DNA of 64,000 nucleotides from a virus (Duplodnaviria; Heunggongvirae; Uroviricota; Caudoviricetes): IMG/VR virus record IMGVR_UViG_3300042922_001472; one strand, 5' to 3'. Shown piece by piece: positions 29,223 to 39,259 of this stretch (position 1 is its first letter; each line of letters starts with the position of its first letter). The notes under the pieces were generated by a model. It saw only the letters and a program-made list of their open reading frames with translations, ran no database searches and was not told where the DNA came from. The position numbers and the translations under genes were made by a program.

Positions 29223-29690
29223 TTACCAAGAGTTGAATTTATCTCTTACTTCGTCTCTTAAACTATCTAACTCTTCATTATTTAGTTCTTTATTTTCTTT
29301 CGTTATAACAGTTTCATTTAATGATATGTCCTCAGAAGGTTTAACAGGTATAGTATTTATATCATTATCATCTGCTTTATTTTGTGAAGTTACAGAAGAA
29401 ACAAAGGATTGTTCTTGAACATAATTATTCATTTGTGGGTAGTTTGCAATTGGTGTTCCAAATAAGGACTGTACTTGTTTATTTGCATTTAAGATATTTT
29501 GAATAACCTGCAAGACTTGCCCTTCAATATTAACAGGATTTTTGTCTCTATTATATTTTTCTATAATTGCCTCACAAATGAATCGTGAGGCAATGGGGGT
29601 TTCTTCTAATATATCATAAACTTCCTTAAATTCTTTTGAGATTGAGAAGATTTTCCTTTTGTTTTTTTCTGAACATAGTTTCTTTTTCAA
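29223..29690 (-). CDS. putative ParR-like partition adaptor (hypothetical, 155 aa)
   Basis: Positioned immediately after the ParM-like gene in the same orientation; no motif recognised. Confidence 0.35.
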   Translation of the reverse strand: MKKKLCSEKNKRKIFSISKEFKEVYDILEETPIASRFICEAIIEKYNRDKNPVNIEGQVLQVIQNILNANKQVQSLFGTPIANYPQMNNYVQEQSFVSSVTSQNKADDNDINTIPVKPSEDISLNETVITKENKELNNEELDSLRDEVRDKFNSW

Positions 29691-29718
29691 TACATTACCT
29701 CCTTAACCAGTTATGCTA

Positions 29719-30642
29719 TTATAGTCCTACTACAAAGCCAAAGCCCTCTACATTATCCCATATAGCATTTTTACTGATTTCTGCATGTGGTACAGCTATT
29801 TTAATTTCTTCGTTTAAAAGCAAGCTACTGCCACCAATAAATATGAAGTCCATATTATCTATATCCCAATTTCTCTTCTTTGCTTCTTTCATTATTTCAT
29901 CTACATAATCTTGTAAAAACTTAGAGATGACTTTTTTGCTTTCTTCTGGATTTTTTCTAATGAATCCATCTTTAATTACTGTTTCCATTTGCCATTCTTG
30001 TAAATTTGATTTAAATTCCTGGTTTAAGTGAAGTCTTAAATCATTTAACAATACATTGCCTCCTCTGTTAAGAGTAAAACAAGTGTTTTTCAAGATATCT
30101 CCTCTATCGTAAACACAAGCGTTAACGTTAAGCCCTCCGATGTCAACTACTCCGATTAATCTATCCTTGTAATAATCAAACTTTCGCAAAATAATACCAG
30201 AGCTTTCTGGAAATATTTTAGCTTCTTCAAGTGTGAAAGAGAAAGGTTTGTTATTTACAATTAAATTTACTTTTTTATCTTCTGTAAGAAAATTAGAAAA
30301 AGATTGTCTTTCATCAAAGTTGTTAAACAAGTCCATTGGGCAACCTACAGCAATTTTAACTGTATCTCCATCATCAACCAATTGGCTTATGGCTGTAAAA
30401 ATAGCAATTTTATGAAGTATTTTTGTTTTGTCTTTATCATAATCAATTGCTTCAGCTTGTTTTCCAATCAATACTCTTTTGCCCTGGAATTCAACAACGT
30501 AACTCTCTTTTGAAGTTGTTAATTTTTCATTTGTGTCATCCATTTTTGTTCTAAAGTACAATTGTACAATATTACCTGCTGAATCCTTTGTTATTGCTTT
30601 TGTTGCAAATTTACCAGAATCAATAGCTACTGCTCTTTTCAT
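29719..30642 (-). CDS. parM: ParM/StbA-like actin-fold plasmid-segregation ATPase
   Basis: Start moved to 30642, which follows SD AGGAGG. N-terminal phosphate-1 motif AIDSGKFATK; second phosphate/adenosine motifs VVDIGGLNVNA and IFIGGSS. Confidence 0.65.
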   Translation of the reverse strand: MKRAVAIDSGKFATKAITKDSAGNIVQLYFRTKMDDTNEKLTTSKESYVVEFQGKRVLIGKQAEAIDYDKDKTKILHKIAIFTAISQLVDDGDTVKIAVGCPMDLFNNFDERQSFSNFLTEDKKVNLIVNNKPFSFTLEEAKIFPESSGIILRKFDYYKDRLIGVVDIGGLNVNACVYDRGDILKNTCFTLNRGGNVLLNDLRLHLNQEFKSNLQEWQMETVIKDGFIRKNPEESKKVISKFLQDYVDEIMKEAKKRNWDIDNMDFIFIGGSSLLLNEEIKIAVPHAEISKNAIWDNVEGFGFVVGL

Positions 30643-30712
30643 TTTGTTAATCCTCCTAAAATATAAATTCATAATTTATTAGTATTTTATATTTACTTAT
30701 TATATATTATAC

Positions 30713-30741
30713 ATTATATCATAATAATATTAAAATGGCAA
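30713..30741 (-). promoter_or_regulatory. minus-strand promoter TTGCCA-17-TATAAT for the parM-like gene
   Basis: Hexamers found on the reverse complement of the very AT-rich leader. Confidence 0.45.
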
Positions 30742-30794
30742 TAATAATTTACAACATATAGCAACCTATATATAATATATTTATAAAATATGTA

Positions 30795-30843
30795 TTGACT
30801 AAAATTATAGATTATAATATAATTATCTATGGACAATAGTCAA
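30795..30843 (+). promoter_or_regulatory. promoter TTGACT-17-TATAAT with operator-like GGACAATAGTCAA at the +1 region
   Basis: TTGACT 30795-30800, TATAAT 30818-30823, half-palindrome 30831-30843. Confidence 0.55.
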
Positions 30844-30896
30844 TAAAATTAAGAAAAATAATATTTAAATATAAAAATAGAAAGGTAAAATAATAT

Positions 30897-31016
30897 GAAA
30901 ATAATAAAAAGAATTAAAACAAATAGGAAAAAAGCAACATCAATCATTGCACTCATATTAGTTACATTAATGATTGGAACAACAGTAATTTCTTCTATAA
31001 GCTTTTTGATATAGTG
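30897..31016 (+). CDS. small hydrophobic peptide (39 aa; not in the ORF track)
   Basis: RBS GAAAGG precedes the ATG. Basic N-terminus plus a single TM helix: MKIIKRIKTNRKKATSIIALILVTLMIGTTVISSISFLI. Confidence 0.3.
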
Positions 31017-31089
31017 AAATTTTAAATTTAAGAAATAATAGGAGGCGAAAATAATTAATATTAAGCCAACATATATCTTTCCTATATTA

Positions 31090-31455
31090 GTGCAGGATGG
31101 TTATAGTTTTTACCCAGTTATCCATAATTCTAAAAAGTATATAGTAAGGATACAAGCAGAATTAAATGAACAAAAAAAAATATGCAAATATATTATTTAT
31201 GAATATAGAGAAAAAAAGAATATTTTTCTTGGTCATTTTGGCAAAAGAGTAGGGAGTAATATTGTACCATTAATCAAAATTGATAAAGATATATTTCTTA
31301 ATCTATTAAATATCAGTGACACTGATATGAGGATATACGCTAAAGAAATACTTAAATCAATCTTTGCTGACTATGAATCTGACATAGTTAATGATTTAAA
31401 AATTAAAAACGATATTAAAAAAGTCTTACAATGGGATGGTAACATAGATAATTAA
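31090..31455 (+). CDS. hypothetical protein (121 aa)
   Basis: ORF; no motif recognised. Confidence 0.45.
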   Translation: MQDGYSFYPVIHNSKKYIVRIQAELNEQKKICKYIIYEYREKKNIFLGHFGKRVGSNIVPLIKIDKDIFLNLLNISDTDMRIYAKEILKSIFADYESDIVNDLKIKNDIKKVLQWDGNIDN

Positions 31456-31475
31456 GTACATATATATATAATAAT

Positions 31476-31510
31476 AAAATAGCCTCTAATGTTAGAGGCT
31501 ATTTTATTTC
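31476..31510. terminator. bidirectional terminator
   Basis: AAATAGCCTCTA-ATGT-TAGAGGCTATTT between convergent genes. Confidence 0.7.
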
Positions 31511-32404
31511 ATAAGATATTTGGTTTAAATCTTCATTGATTGTGTAATTAATATTTCTTGCTTTTAAAACTTCAATTAATTCTTTATTTTGTGCTAATAC
31601 ACATTCTAATTCTTGATTTATATAAAATTCCATTTTGTCTTTAATGGATTTTTTGTCTGAGTTTTCATTTAACATGTTACTTATATCTTTAGACATTTTA
31701 ATAGAATTTAATAATCTATTTTCAGTTGATTCGTAAAATGCTATGAAATTTTCATTCTCGAAAATTTCTTTTGAAGTCACAAGATAAATATATAATTTTT
31801 CTTTGGAATTAATAGAACTTTCCAATGTATTTTGTAAAGCAACTCGATTGGTTTTCTTATCAATATATGATTCAATTTTTGATACCTCTATATTTAGCTC
31901 AAGTACAGATAATTGATTTACAGTATTAACTATGGTTAAAGCTTTCTTAAAGGGGCTTTCTATGACTTCTGGCTCAGTATCTATTATTATCTCCTTCTCC
32001 ACATCCTTAGTATCTACAGGTTCTGTAATTTCATTATTGTTGTTAGGGGTATCTTGTTGTGGATAAGAGTCAGTTGAAAAAGTTTTGTATAAATCACAAA
32101 CGGAATATATGAAAAATAGTATTATTAATAATAGTGCTAATGTTTTTAATAGTTTAGAATTGATTAACTCCTTAAAATTTTTAATTGTTAATTGTTCTTT
32201 ATTCAACTTTAACGATTTTAATTTATTTTGAATAGTTCCAATTTTTATATCATCTTTATTGTCGAAAAAATCAGTTTCTTTATCTATTACTTTTTTACTA
32301 ACTTCTTTTTTCTCAATTTCAACTGTTACTATTTTTCCGTTTTCATATTTCATATATTCTTTAAGGTTTTTATTTTTCTTAATAAATTTAAGCATTTTAA
32401 CCAT
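31499..32404 (-). CDS. hypothetical membrane-anchored protein (301 aa)
   Basis: One central TM helix, LLKTLALLLIILFFIYSV. Confidence 0.5.
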   Translation of the reverse strand: MVKMLKFIKKNKNLKEYMKYENGKIVTVEIEKKEVSKKVIDKETDFFDNKDDIKIGTIQNKLKSLKLNKEQLTIKNFKELINSKLLKTLALLLIILFFIYSVCDLYKTFSTDSYPQQDTPNNNNEITEPVDTKDVEKEIIIDTEPEVIESPFKKALTIVNTVNQLSVLELNIEVSKIESYIDKKTNRVALQNTLESSINSKEKLYIYLVTSKEIFENENFIAFYESTENRLLNSIKMSKDISNMLNENSDKKSIKDKMEFYINQELECVLAQNKELIEVLKARNINYTINEDLNQISYEIK

Positions 32405-32599
32405 CCTTTCATAAAAATATCATACATTATAATATGTTTTAATAAGTAAAATAATCAGTTTCTTCAACGCTATATGATTTTAAGTCATTTTTAAGACATT
32501 CAAACAAGGTAAGACAGTTTTAATATTGTGTAGATTTTTAATTTATGGTATATATTATATGTATTCAAGAGTTTTTATTTGAATATGATAACCAATTGA

Positions 32600-32975
32600 T
32601 AATAGGGAATCTATTTATGCCTGAAACACACTTTGGTCAAGGTGTGAAGGAAGTATGAGGAAATGGATGAATGATTAAAGTAGGTGGGTGACTTTGATAA
32701 GTCCTTTTGAGATGAAGGGCGACTAAGTGCTTAGGTTTTAGTTATGGTTGGAAGAAATCCCGAACTTCATAGAGATAACAGGACTCGGATAAAGCATAAA
32801 AGCTTTCTGTTAGTTGAAAATCAACTATAAAAGTTACTCCTCCTTAAAAGGTGTTATATATTCTAATCCAGAAGATGTATGACTGCAGGAGGTATTGAGG
32901 AGTATCTAAGTGCAACCTTTTAAGTAAAAAAAACAGAAAAATAGCCTGACTTATTGCCAGGCTATTTTTATTTGC
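32600..32975 (+). ncRNA. candidate structured non-coding RNA ending in an intrinsic terminator (strand and extent uncertain)
   Basis: A 700-bp ORF-free gap with locally elevated G+C and many short complementary segments. Terminator hairpin ATAGCCTG-loop-CAGGCTAT plus a T-run at 32941-32970. Confidence 0.3.
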
Positions 32976-33169
32976 ATTTGATTAAATTAATGATTCTTTG
33001 CTATATTCTGCATCTATAAGCTTTAAGATATTTACTATTTCTTCTGCAATTGGACTGAGTGATAGTCTATTTATATTACTCATTCTATCACTAAATGGAA
33101 TTCTAATTATAAAGTCTATATTATAGTAATGATTTTTTTTATTATAATACACTTTTGAAATTTCATAAT

Positions 33170-33718
33170 TTAATTCGTATCTAAATCTGCTTTTTTCGAT
33201 AGATTAGTAGCCTTTTTAACCATATCCTTAAATATAGCATTAAGCTTAAGATTAGCATACTTTTCAATAAAACCATTAGGTCTCATTAATTCCAAAGCTT
33301 CGCTTTTACTTAGTTTAAAGTTTCTCATTACTAAATCGAGGCTTATTCCATATTTTCTAACTATTAAAATATCATTAGTATCCATGTCCATTATAGGTGT
33401 AAAATATTTGATTCCTCTGCTTTCCAACATATGTGACAAATTTTCCATAAAATCTTCTTTTGATTTTTTAAGAATGGAGTCATTTGTAAAACTCCTATTT
33501 TTAATTACTTCTAATGAAAATTTATCTTCACTTATATTTTGGTCTATTAAAAGTTTATACAAATTTTCATCAATAGTTGATTTATCTAAATTTGCAATAA
33601 GATTATTATAGACTAATGGATTATTACAATTGTTTAAAAGTACCAACTTTAATCCAAGTAGGTTTAAACCTTCCTTGTTTAATATGTCTGCTTGAGTATT
33701 TATCTTTTTTATAGTCAT
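33170..33718 (-). CDS. hypothetical protein (182 aa)
   Basis: ORF; no motif recognised. Confidence 0.5.
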   Translation of the reverse strand: MTIKKINTQADILNKEGLNLLGLKLVLLNNCNNPLVYNNLIANLDKSTIDENLYKLLIDQNISEDKFSLEVIKNRSFTNDSILKKSKEDFMENLSHMLESRGIKYFTPIMDMDTNDILIVRKYGISLDLVMRNFKLSKSEALELMRPNGFIEKYANLKLNAIFKDMVKKATNLSKKADLDTN

Positions 33719-33859
33719 TTTTTAATATCTCTCCTGTTAAGTTATTATTAAAACCTTTTTTATTAATTTTTTTTATTATATTTACTTAAAATCACAATTA
33801 TAATTATTTAGGTTAAAATGAAAAATACCCCCATTTAAAAAAACGGGGGAGTGATAATA

Positions 33860-34162
33860 CTATCTTGTTGCAAAACCAAAATGATTAGCTAATAACAATT
33901 TTTCAAGATTATTTGATTTTCTAATTTCTCTTGTAGTACAATCATTTTGTCCTAATTTTATTTCTACAACATCATTATTTAACATGTGAACAAAAATTCT
34001 ATACCCATATTCAAACCACATTGTACTACAAAAATGTGTCTGTACGGTATCAACTCTCTCGGCATAACTAAATAATGCCTTTTGCGTAGAATCATAAGTG
34101 ATTAGTAAATCATCTTTATTAAGATAATTCTCTCCCATCCATATGTGAAGTTCTTTTTCCAT
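33860..34162 (-). CDS. hypothetical protein (100 aa)
   Basis: On the coding strand a GGGGGTAAG RBS-like stretch precedes the ATG. Confidence 0.45.
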   Translation of the reverse strand: MEKELHIWMGENYLNKDDLLITYDSTQKALFSYAERVDTVQTHFCSTMWFEYGYRIFVHMLNNDVVEIKLGQNDCTTREIRKSNNLEKLLLANHFGFATR

Positions 34163-34278
34163 ATCTTACCCCCACTATTTAAATTTTTATTTTAAACCCT
34201 GTTTATTTGTATATTAGTTTTATTATATTGAGAAACCAACATATGTATTACTTTAATAGCCAGAAAATAAACAGGAGA

Positions 34279-34779
34279 TTATTCTTTTATTTCTTCGATT
34301 GTTACACTAAATTTTTTATTTTTAAATTCAGCAGTAGCATTAATAGTTTCAACCAATTTTAAATCATCTTCTTCTTCATTTTGGTATCTAAATTCATAAT
34401 CGTTTGAAAACATATCATCTATACTTATAACGGAATATACCCATTTGTTTTTCATACCGTCATATCCTTTATTTCTAATTATTCCAATTACACTACAGCT
34501 TTCAACCATATCTCCGATATTGAATTTAGCAATGGGAGGAGCTATATGCATCTGTAAATAATCAATTATTTTTCCAGCTTTAAGCTTTTGATATTCTTCC
34601 GTAGATATTTTAGTATAGACTTCTTTATTGTCAATTTTCCATATGATAGTTAAAAATTGGTCTTCATTATCAATGTTATGAATTTCGCCAATTGTGTTCT
34701 TTTGAATTAATTTGTTATCTAAGTACAATCCAACTACAGGGTTTATGATTTGTTTTCCTAATTCATCTATTAATCGCAT
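34279..34779 (-). CDS. hypothetical protein (166 aa)
   Basis: RBS-like AGGAGG on the coding strand (plus-strand CCTCCT at 34785-34790). Confidence 0.5.
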   Translation of the reverse strand: MRLIDELGKQIINPVVGLYLDNKLIQKNTIGEIHNIDNEDQFLTIIWKIDNKEVYTKISTEEYQKLKAGKIIDYLQMHIAPPIAKFNIGDMVESCSVIGIIRNKGYDGMKNKWVYSVISIDDMFSNDYEFRYQNEEEDDLKLVETINATAEFKNKKFSVTIEEIKE

Positions 34780-34791
34780 TAATACCTCCTA

Positions 34792-34983
34792 TTATGTAAA
34801 TAGCCATAATGCTTTTTCACACTTTTCACATACAACACCAACAACATCGTGCATTTGCCAAAATCTAAAGTTCTCAACTGTTACGTATTGACCTTCCCCT
34901 TCTGTAATACTGGTTTCTTCACCAGTATCTATATCTATTGTATTAAAGATTGTTTCATTTCCACAATCGCATATAAGTTTCAT
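34792..34983 (-). CDS. small zinc-ribbon protein (63 aa; start revised)
   Basis: The ATG at 34983 follows AAGGAGAT. CDCG...CEKCEK gives two CxxC pairs. Confidence 0.45.
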   Translation of the reverse strand: MKLICDCGNETIFNTIDIDTGEETSITEGEGQYVTVENFRFWQMHDVVGVVCEKCEKALWLFT

Positions 34984-34988
34984 ATTCT

Positions 34989-35132
34989 TAATCTCCTTTT
35001 GTTTTATTTTTTTCCTTTTCGTTTTTATAATTATCGAATTCAACAAGTGCTTTATATACTCCTTCGTAAATAGTATCTTTTAGCAGGGATAATGCAATAA
35101 AGAAAATTATAACTCCCAATAGAATTTCCATA
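34989..35132 (-). CDS. small membrane peptide (47 aa; not in the ORF track)
   Basis: SD AAGGAGG; MEILLGVIIFFIALSLL TM helix. Confidence 0.3.
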
Positions 35133-35172
35133 TTAATTCCTCCTTAATTTAAATATTTAGTTTTAATATTAA

Positions 35173-36348
35173 TTATATTATTTTAAATAGCTGTATTGTC
35201 ATTATAATTGAAATTATAAGGAAAAATACTGCTCCTAATATTTTTATAATATGAAGCTTGTCTACTAATTTTTGAGAAATATCCATTACTTCTTTGCCTT
35301 TATATAGTGCGATACATATTGCTATCAATGGTGTTATAAAGGCAACATTATATAAAAATAAATAAGTAATACCTGTTGCAACTGAATTTTTTGCACTTAA
35401 AACATAAGAGATTGTAGGTAGATATATTTGTCCAGTACAGAAAAACTCTAAAAACGATATAATGAAGCCATTTACAAAGGCAGTAACATAAATAAATTTT
35501 CGCAAACTATTATTTCTTATATAGTTATGTATTGTATGTTTTACTCTTTTAGGTAATTGCGTTTTCACCTTTTCAAAATGCCCCGATTTAATATTCGTAT
35601 AATCTTTATAATTTAATATCATTAATATAATTGACATTATAATAGTTGAAGAATAAATTCCAATCATTATTGATTTAGCACTTTGAAATAAATTAGCGAA
35701 CCTGAATATTCCTAAACCAATACCAAAATAAGCAATAAATACACCAAGAATATAAGAAGTTCCAGTTAGTAAAATTTCTTTTCCATTTCTATCCGACATC
35801 ATTAAAAATGAAATAAAAAATAATAACATAGCAATTGCACAAGGATTAAATCCGTCTAAGAAGCCTGCAAGAATAATTGTTAAAGGAGTGAAATTGTCCA
35901 AAATTTCAGTAGCTTTTTTTAATAATACTTCTTTATCTGCAGATTGTATTTCAATAGGGAAGTATTCTTTTTTCCCATTAACAATATCAAAAATTTCATT
36001 TTCAAGATTATTCATAACTTCTTTTTTTCCAGCGAAGAATGTGTCTCCAATAAAAACTGTTGGAATAATTCCTTGCTTATCTTCTGGAACACTGTATGAA
36101 TTACTGTAATCTTGAAATAATTCATTATCTTTTTCATTTAAGGTTTCATATTTAAACAAATTAATTTTAATATTTTGATTATTTAAATTTTCTATTAATT
36201 TGTTAATATAATTACTTGATTCTATACAATCAAAGCAAGATTCTGTCCCAAAATATATAATATCTATATTGCTTAATGCTTTTGCTTCAACGATATTTGT
36301 AGTAAATATTAAAATTAGAATAATTGTTACAAGTAATATTTTTTTCAT
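35173..36348 (-). CDS. thiol-disulfide oxidoreductase membrane protein (thioredoxin-like CxxC domain fused to a CcdA/DsbD-type transmembrane domain)
   Basis: Signal peptide; CFDC motif; TM domain with conserved Cys in DGFNPCAIAMLLFF and FCTGQIY. Confidence 0.6.
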   Translation of the reverse strand: MKKILLVTIILILIFTTNIVEAKALSNIDIIYFGTESCFDCIESSNYINKLIENLNNQNIKINLFKYETLNEKDNELFQDYSNSYSVPEDKQGIIPTVFIGDTFFAGKKEVMNNLENEIFDIVNGKKEYFPIEIQSADKEVLLKKATEILDNFTPLTIILAGFLDGFNPCAIAMLLFFISFLMMSDRNGKEILLTGTSYILGVFIAYFGIGLGIFRFANLFQSAKSIMIGIYSSTIIMSIILMILNYKDYTNIKSGHFEKVKTQLPKRVKHTIHNYIRNNSLRKFIYVTAFVNGFIISFLEFFCTGQIYLPTISYVLSAKNSVATGITYLFLYNVAFITPLIAICIALYKGKEVMDISQKLVDKLHIIKILGAVFFLIISIIMTIQLFKII

Positions 36349-36356
36349 AAGTTCTC

Positions 36357-36659
36357 CTAAATTATATTTATATATTTAACAGAATCGTTAAAATCAGCAA
36401 TATCTTTAATAAAATCAGGACAATCCTTAATTGCGAAAGACAATTCTTTAATATTATTAAATCTATTATTAATATCTTCAAGCATATTAAATCCTAATAT
36501 ATTTGTGCAGTATGTGTAATGAATAATACAAGGGTCATCATCCATGAATTTCTTAATGCTTGTTTCTAATACCTTCTCTTTTTTAAAAGGAAGCTTATTA
36601 ACAGCAAGTGTTGTAATTTCATTTTTGTCTTTATCTAATAATGTAAATAAACCTTTCAT
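36357..36659 (-). CDS. hypothetical protein (100 aa; start revised)
   Basis: The ATG at 36659 follows SD GGAGGA; the promoter at 36685-36713 then gives a short leader. Confidence 0.45.
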   Translation of the reverse strand: MKGLFTLLDKDKNEITTLAVNKLPFKKEKVLETSIKKFMDDDPCIIHYTYCTNILGFNMLEDINNRFNNIKELSFAIKDCPDFIKDIADFNDSVKYINII

Positions 36660-36684
36660 TATTTCCTCCAAAATTTTATAATTC

Positions 36685-36713
36685 ATTATATCAAATCTAT
36701 TGCTTATAGTCAA
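36685..36713 (-). promoter_or_regulatory. minus-strand promoter TTGACT-17-TATAAT built on the degenerate palindrome TTGCTTATAGTCAA
   Basis: Plus 36700-36713 is one variant of the operator; the reverse complement gives canonical hexamers. Confidence 0.55.
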
Positions 36714-36843
36714 TATAAAACGAAACAATAATGTAAAAATTAATTTACAAATATATATTAATATGATACAATATATATAATACACTTGATAATTTTAAGC
36801 AATAATTATGAATGATATAGATGTGTTTAAGAAGGGAGAAATA

Positions 36844-38853
36844 ATGGAACTCGAATTGTTAGGAATAAATAAAGCAAAAATTAATCAATTTAATAAAAAA
36901 GGAATTTTTTCTATAGAAGATTTAGCAAGATTTTTTCCAAGAAAATATTATGATTTTAGAAATATAACGCCTATAAGCCAGGTAAAAGACGGTGAGATTT
37001 TGGCAGTTGTAGGTAAGATAATAGAAATAAATACGACTTTTAAAATGATTAGAGTAAAGATACGAGATTCATATGGAAAATATATGTATGTAATATGGTT
37101 TAATAGTCCATATCTTGCAGATATACTTGAAAAAGATAAGGAAGCAAATAAGGAATATATTTTTTGTGGAAAAATACAAGTTGATGAAAAATATCATTCC
37201 AAACGAATGATAAGTCCATTGTATTATGGAACAAAAATAAGTGAATATCAGACTATTATACCAGTATATTCAAAAATTAAAGGCATGTCTGATAGCTTTT
37301 TAAAACAATCAATAGATTCTGCTATTGCGTTAGTAAATAAAAATGATTATTTAGAACCCATAATGCTTAATAAATTCAAGATAGCTAAGACTTCAATTGC
37401 ACTTAGGGCTATACATCAGCCTAAAACAGATGTTGACTTAAAAATAGCAAAAAAGAGGTTTATTTTTGATGATTTATTTGAATTTGGAATGAAATTGGAA
37501 CACATGCAACAATCTGTAAATAAAACTACTAAATACAAAATGCCTAAGCATGACATAACTGATAAATTCATATCACAACTATCTTTTAAATTAACAAATG
37601 GACAAAGAGATGCTTTAAATGCGATTTATAAAAAAATGAGAGCTGAAGAAAGAGTAAATGCTTTAGTACAGGGAGATGTGGGTTGTGGTAAAACTATTGT
37701 AGCTATTATTTTAATGCTAATAGCTTGTGAAAATGGGTATCAAAGTGCTTTAATGACACCAACAAATGTTCTTGCTAAACAGCATTATCATGAATTATTG
37801 GAAAGGCTAAAAGATATGCCATATAGCATAGCATTTTTATCTGGTGAAACTAAAGCAAAAGAAAAGAAAGAAATACTAAAAAAGCTTGAGTTGGGAGAAA
37901 TTAATATAATAGTTGGAACACATGCTGTAATTCAAAAAGAAGTTAAATTCAAAAACCTTGCTTTAACAGTAGTTGATGAAGAACATAGATTTGGAGTAGT
38001 TCAAAGAAATCAGTTACTTGAAAAGTCTAAAGAAGGTGTTCATAATATTACAATGAGTGCAACGCCTATTCCAAGAACTTTGGCAATGACTATTTATGGT
38101 AATGCCCTTGATGTTTTGAATATAACAACATTGCCAAATGGAAGAAAGCCAATAGTAACAATTCAAGTAAAGAATGAAGACAAAGCATATGAGGCTATGT
38201 ATAGACAAATAAATGAAGGAAGACAATGTTATGTAGTATGTCCATTAATAGAAGATTCAGAATGGGAAGGACTTGAAGATGTTGATTCGGTAGAAACTAC
38301 ATATAAAAAAATGACAGAATATTTTAAAAAATATCCAGAGGTTAATATTTCAATGATTTCTGGAAAAATGAAACAAAAAGAAGTTGGTGAAGAAATTGAT
38401 AAATTTTCAAAAAATGAATATCAAATAATTATTTCAACAACAATAATTGAGGTCGGTGTCAATGTTCCAAATGCCAGTGTAATATTAATAAAAAATGCAG
38501 AAAGGTTTGGTCTTTCTCAGCTTCATCAGTTAAGAGGTAGAGTAGGTAGAGGAATACACCAATCATATTGTGTTTTATTATCAGATAAAAAAGACAATCC
38601 AAAATTACATGCTATGTGTGAAATAATAGATGGTTTTAAGATTGCAGAGAAAGATTTAGAACTTAGAGGTACAGGTGATTTCATAGGGACTAAACAGTCT
38701 GGTCAAAATAAATTTGTTATGTTAATGCTATCTTATCCTAAATTTTTTGAAAAAATAAAATACGAAATATCGGAAATTTGTAAAGATAAAATACGATTTA
38801 ATAGGTATAGTTTCATTAATAACATAGAAACTGTAGACATTTTTGAGGACTAA
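36844..38853 (+). CDS. recG: ATP-dependent DNA helicase RecG
   Basis: Wedge/OB N-terminal domain, the linker motif LTNGQRDALNAI, helicase motif I GDVGCGKT, DEEH and later SF2 motifs; RBS AAGGGAGA before the ATG at 36844. Confidence 0.85.
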   Translation: MELELLGINKAKINQFNKKGIFSIEDLARFFPRKYYDFRNITPISQVKDGEILAVVGKIIEINTTFKMIRVKIRDSYGKYMYVIWFNSPYLADILEKDKEANKEYIFCGKIQVDEKYHSKRMISPLYYGTKISEYQTIIPVYSKIKGMSDSFLKQSIDSAIALVNKNDYLEPIMLNKFKIAKTSIALRAIHQPKTDVDLKIAKKRFIFDDLFEFGMKLEHMQQSVNKTTKYKMPKHDITDKFISQLSFKLTNGQRDALNAIYKKMRAEERVNALVQGDVGCGKTIVAIILMLIACENGYQSALMTPTNVLAKQHYHELLERLKDMPYSIAFLSGETKAKEKKEILKKLELGEINIIVGTHAVIQKEVKFKNLALTVVDEEHRFGVVQRNQLLEKSKEGVHNITMSATPIPRTLAMTIYGNALDVLNITTLPNGRKPIVTIQVKNEDKAYEAMYRQINEGRQCYVVCPLIEDSEWEGLEDVDSVETTYKKMTEYFKKYPEVNISMISGKMKQKEVGEEIDKFSKNEYQIIISTTIIEVGVNVPNASVILIKNAERFGLSQLHQLRGRVGRGIHQSYCVLLSDKKDNPKLHAMCEIIDGFKIAEKDLELRGTGDFIGTKQSGQNKFVMLMLSYPKFFEKIKYEISEICKDKIRFNRYSFINNIETVDIFED

Positions 38854-38953
38854 TAGTAAATAATAATTTACAAATTATAATGAACATGATATAATAAAAT
38901 TTATAATATATGTCAAGTATACTCATGATATAGATAAAAGGAGAACGTGGAAT

Positions 38954-39148
38954 ATGGCAAAAAGAAAAATTCATAAAACTCAAAAGAGAATTGATTCTAA
39001 ATATGATGATGCTATTAAAGATTTTGTGGGGAGAACTATAGATAATCCAGAATTTTTTAATATGACACCTGAAACTCAATATAAGTTTTCAATGAATGTA
39101 TTACAAGAGCATTTAAAAGCAGATGATGAAAAGGAAAAACAAATTTAG
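38954..39148 (+). CDS. hypothetical small protein (64 aa)
   Basis: RBS AAAGGAGAA. Confidence 0.4.
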   Translation: MAKRKIHKTQKRIDSKYDDAIKDFVGRTIDNPEFFNMTPETQYKFSMNVLQEHLKADDEKEKQI

Positions 39149-39192
39149 TATGATTTTTAAACTTCCTAAAATTATAAATATTCTCCTATTAA

Positions 39193-39226
39193 AAAAATCA
39201 CTTTATATTAAAGTGATTTTTTTAAT
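39193..39226. terminator. bidirectional terminator
   Basis: AAATCACTTTA-TATT-AAAGTGATTT followed by TTTTT. Confidence 0.7.
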
Positions 39227-39259
39227 TTAAATTCACGTTGTTCAATTTTTAAACTTTTT

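Noticed and set aside
28661-30513. Antisense ORFs 28661-28891, 29233-29418, 29636-29908, 30233-30415 and 30304-30513
   Set aside because: Each is embedded antisense in the MazF-like, ParR-like or ParM-like genes, with no RBS and low-complexity composition.
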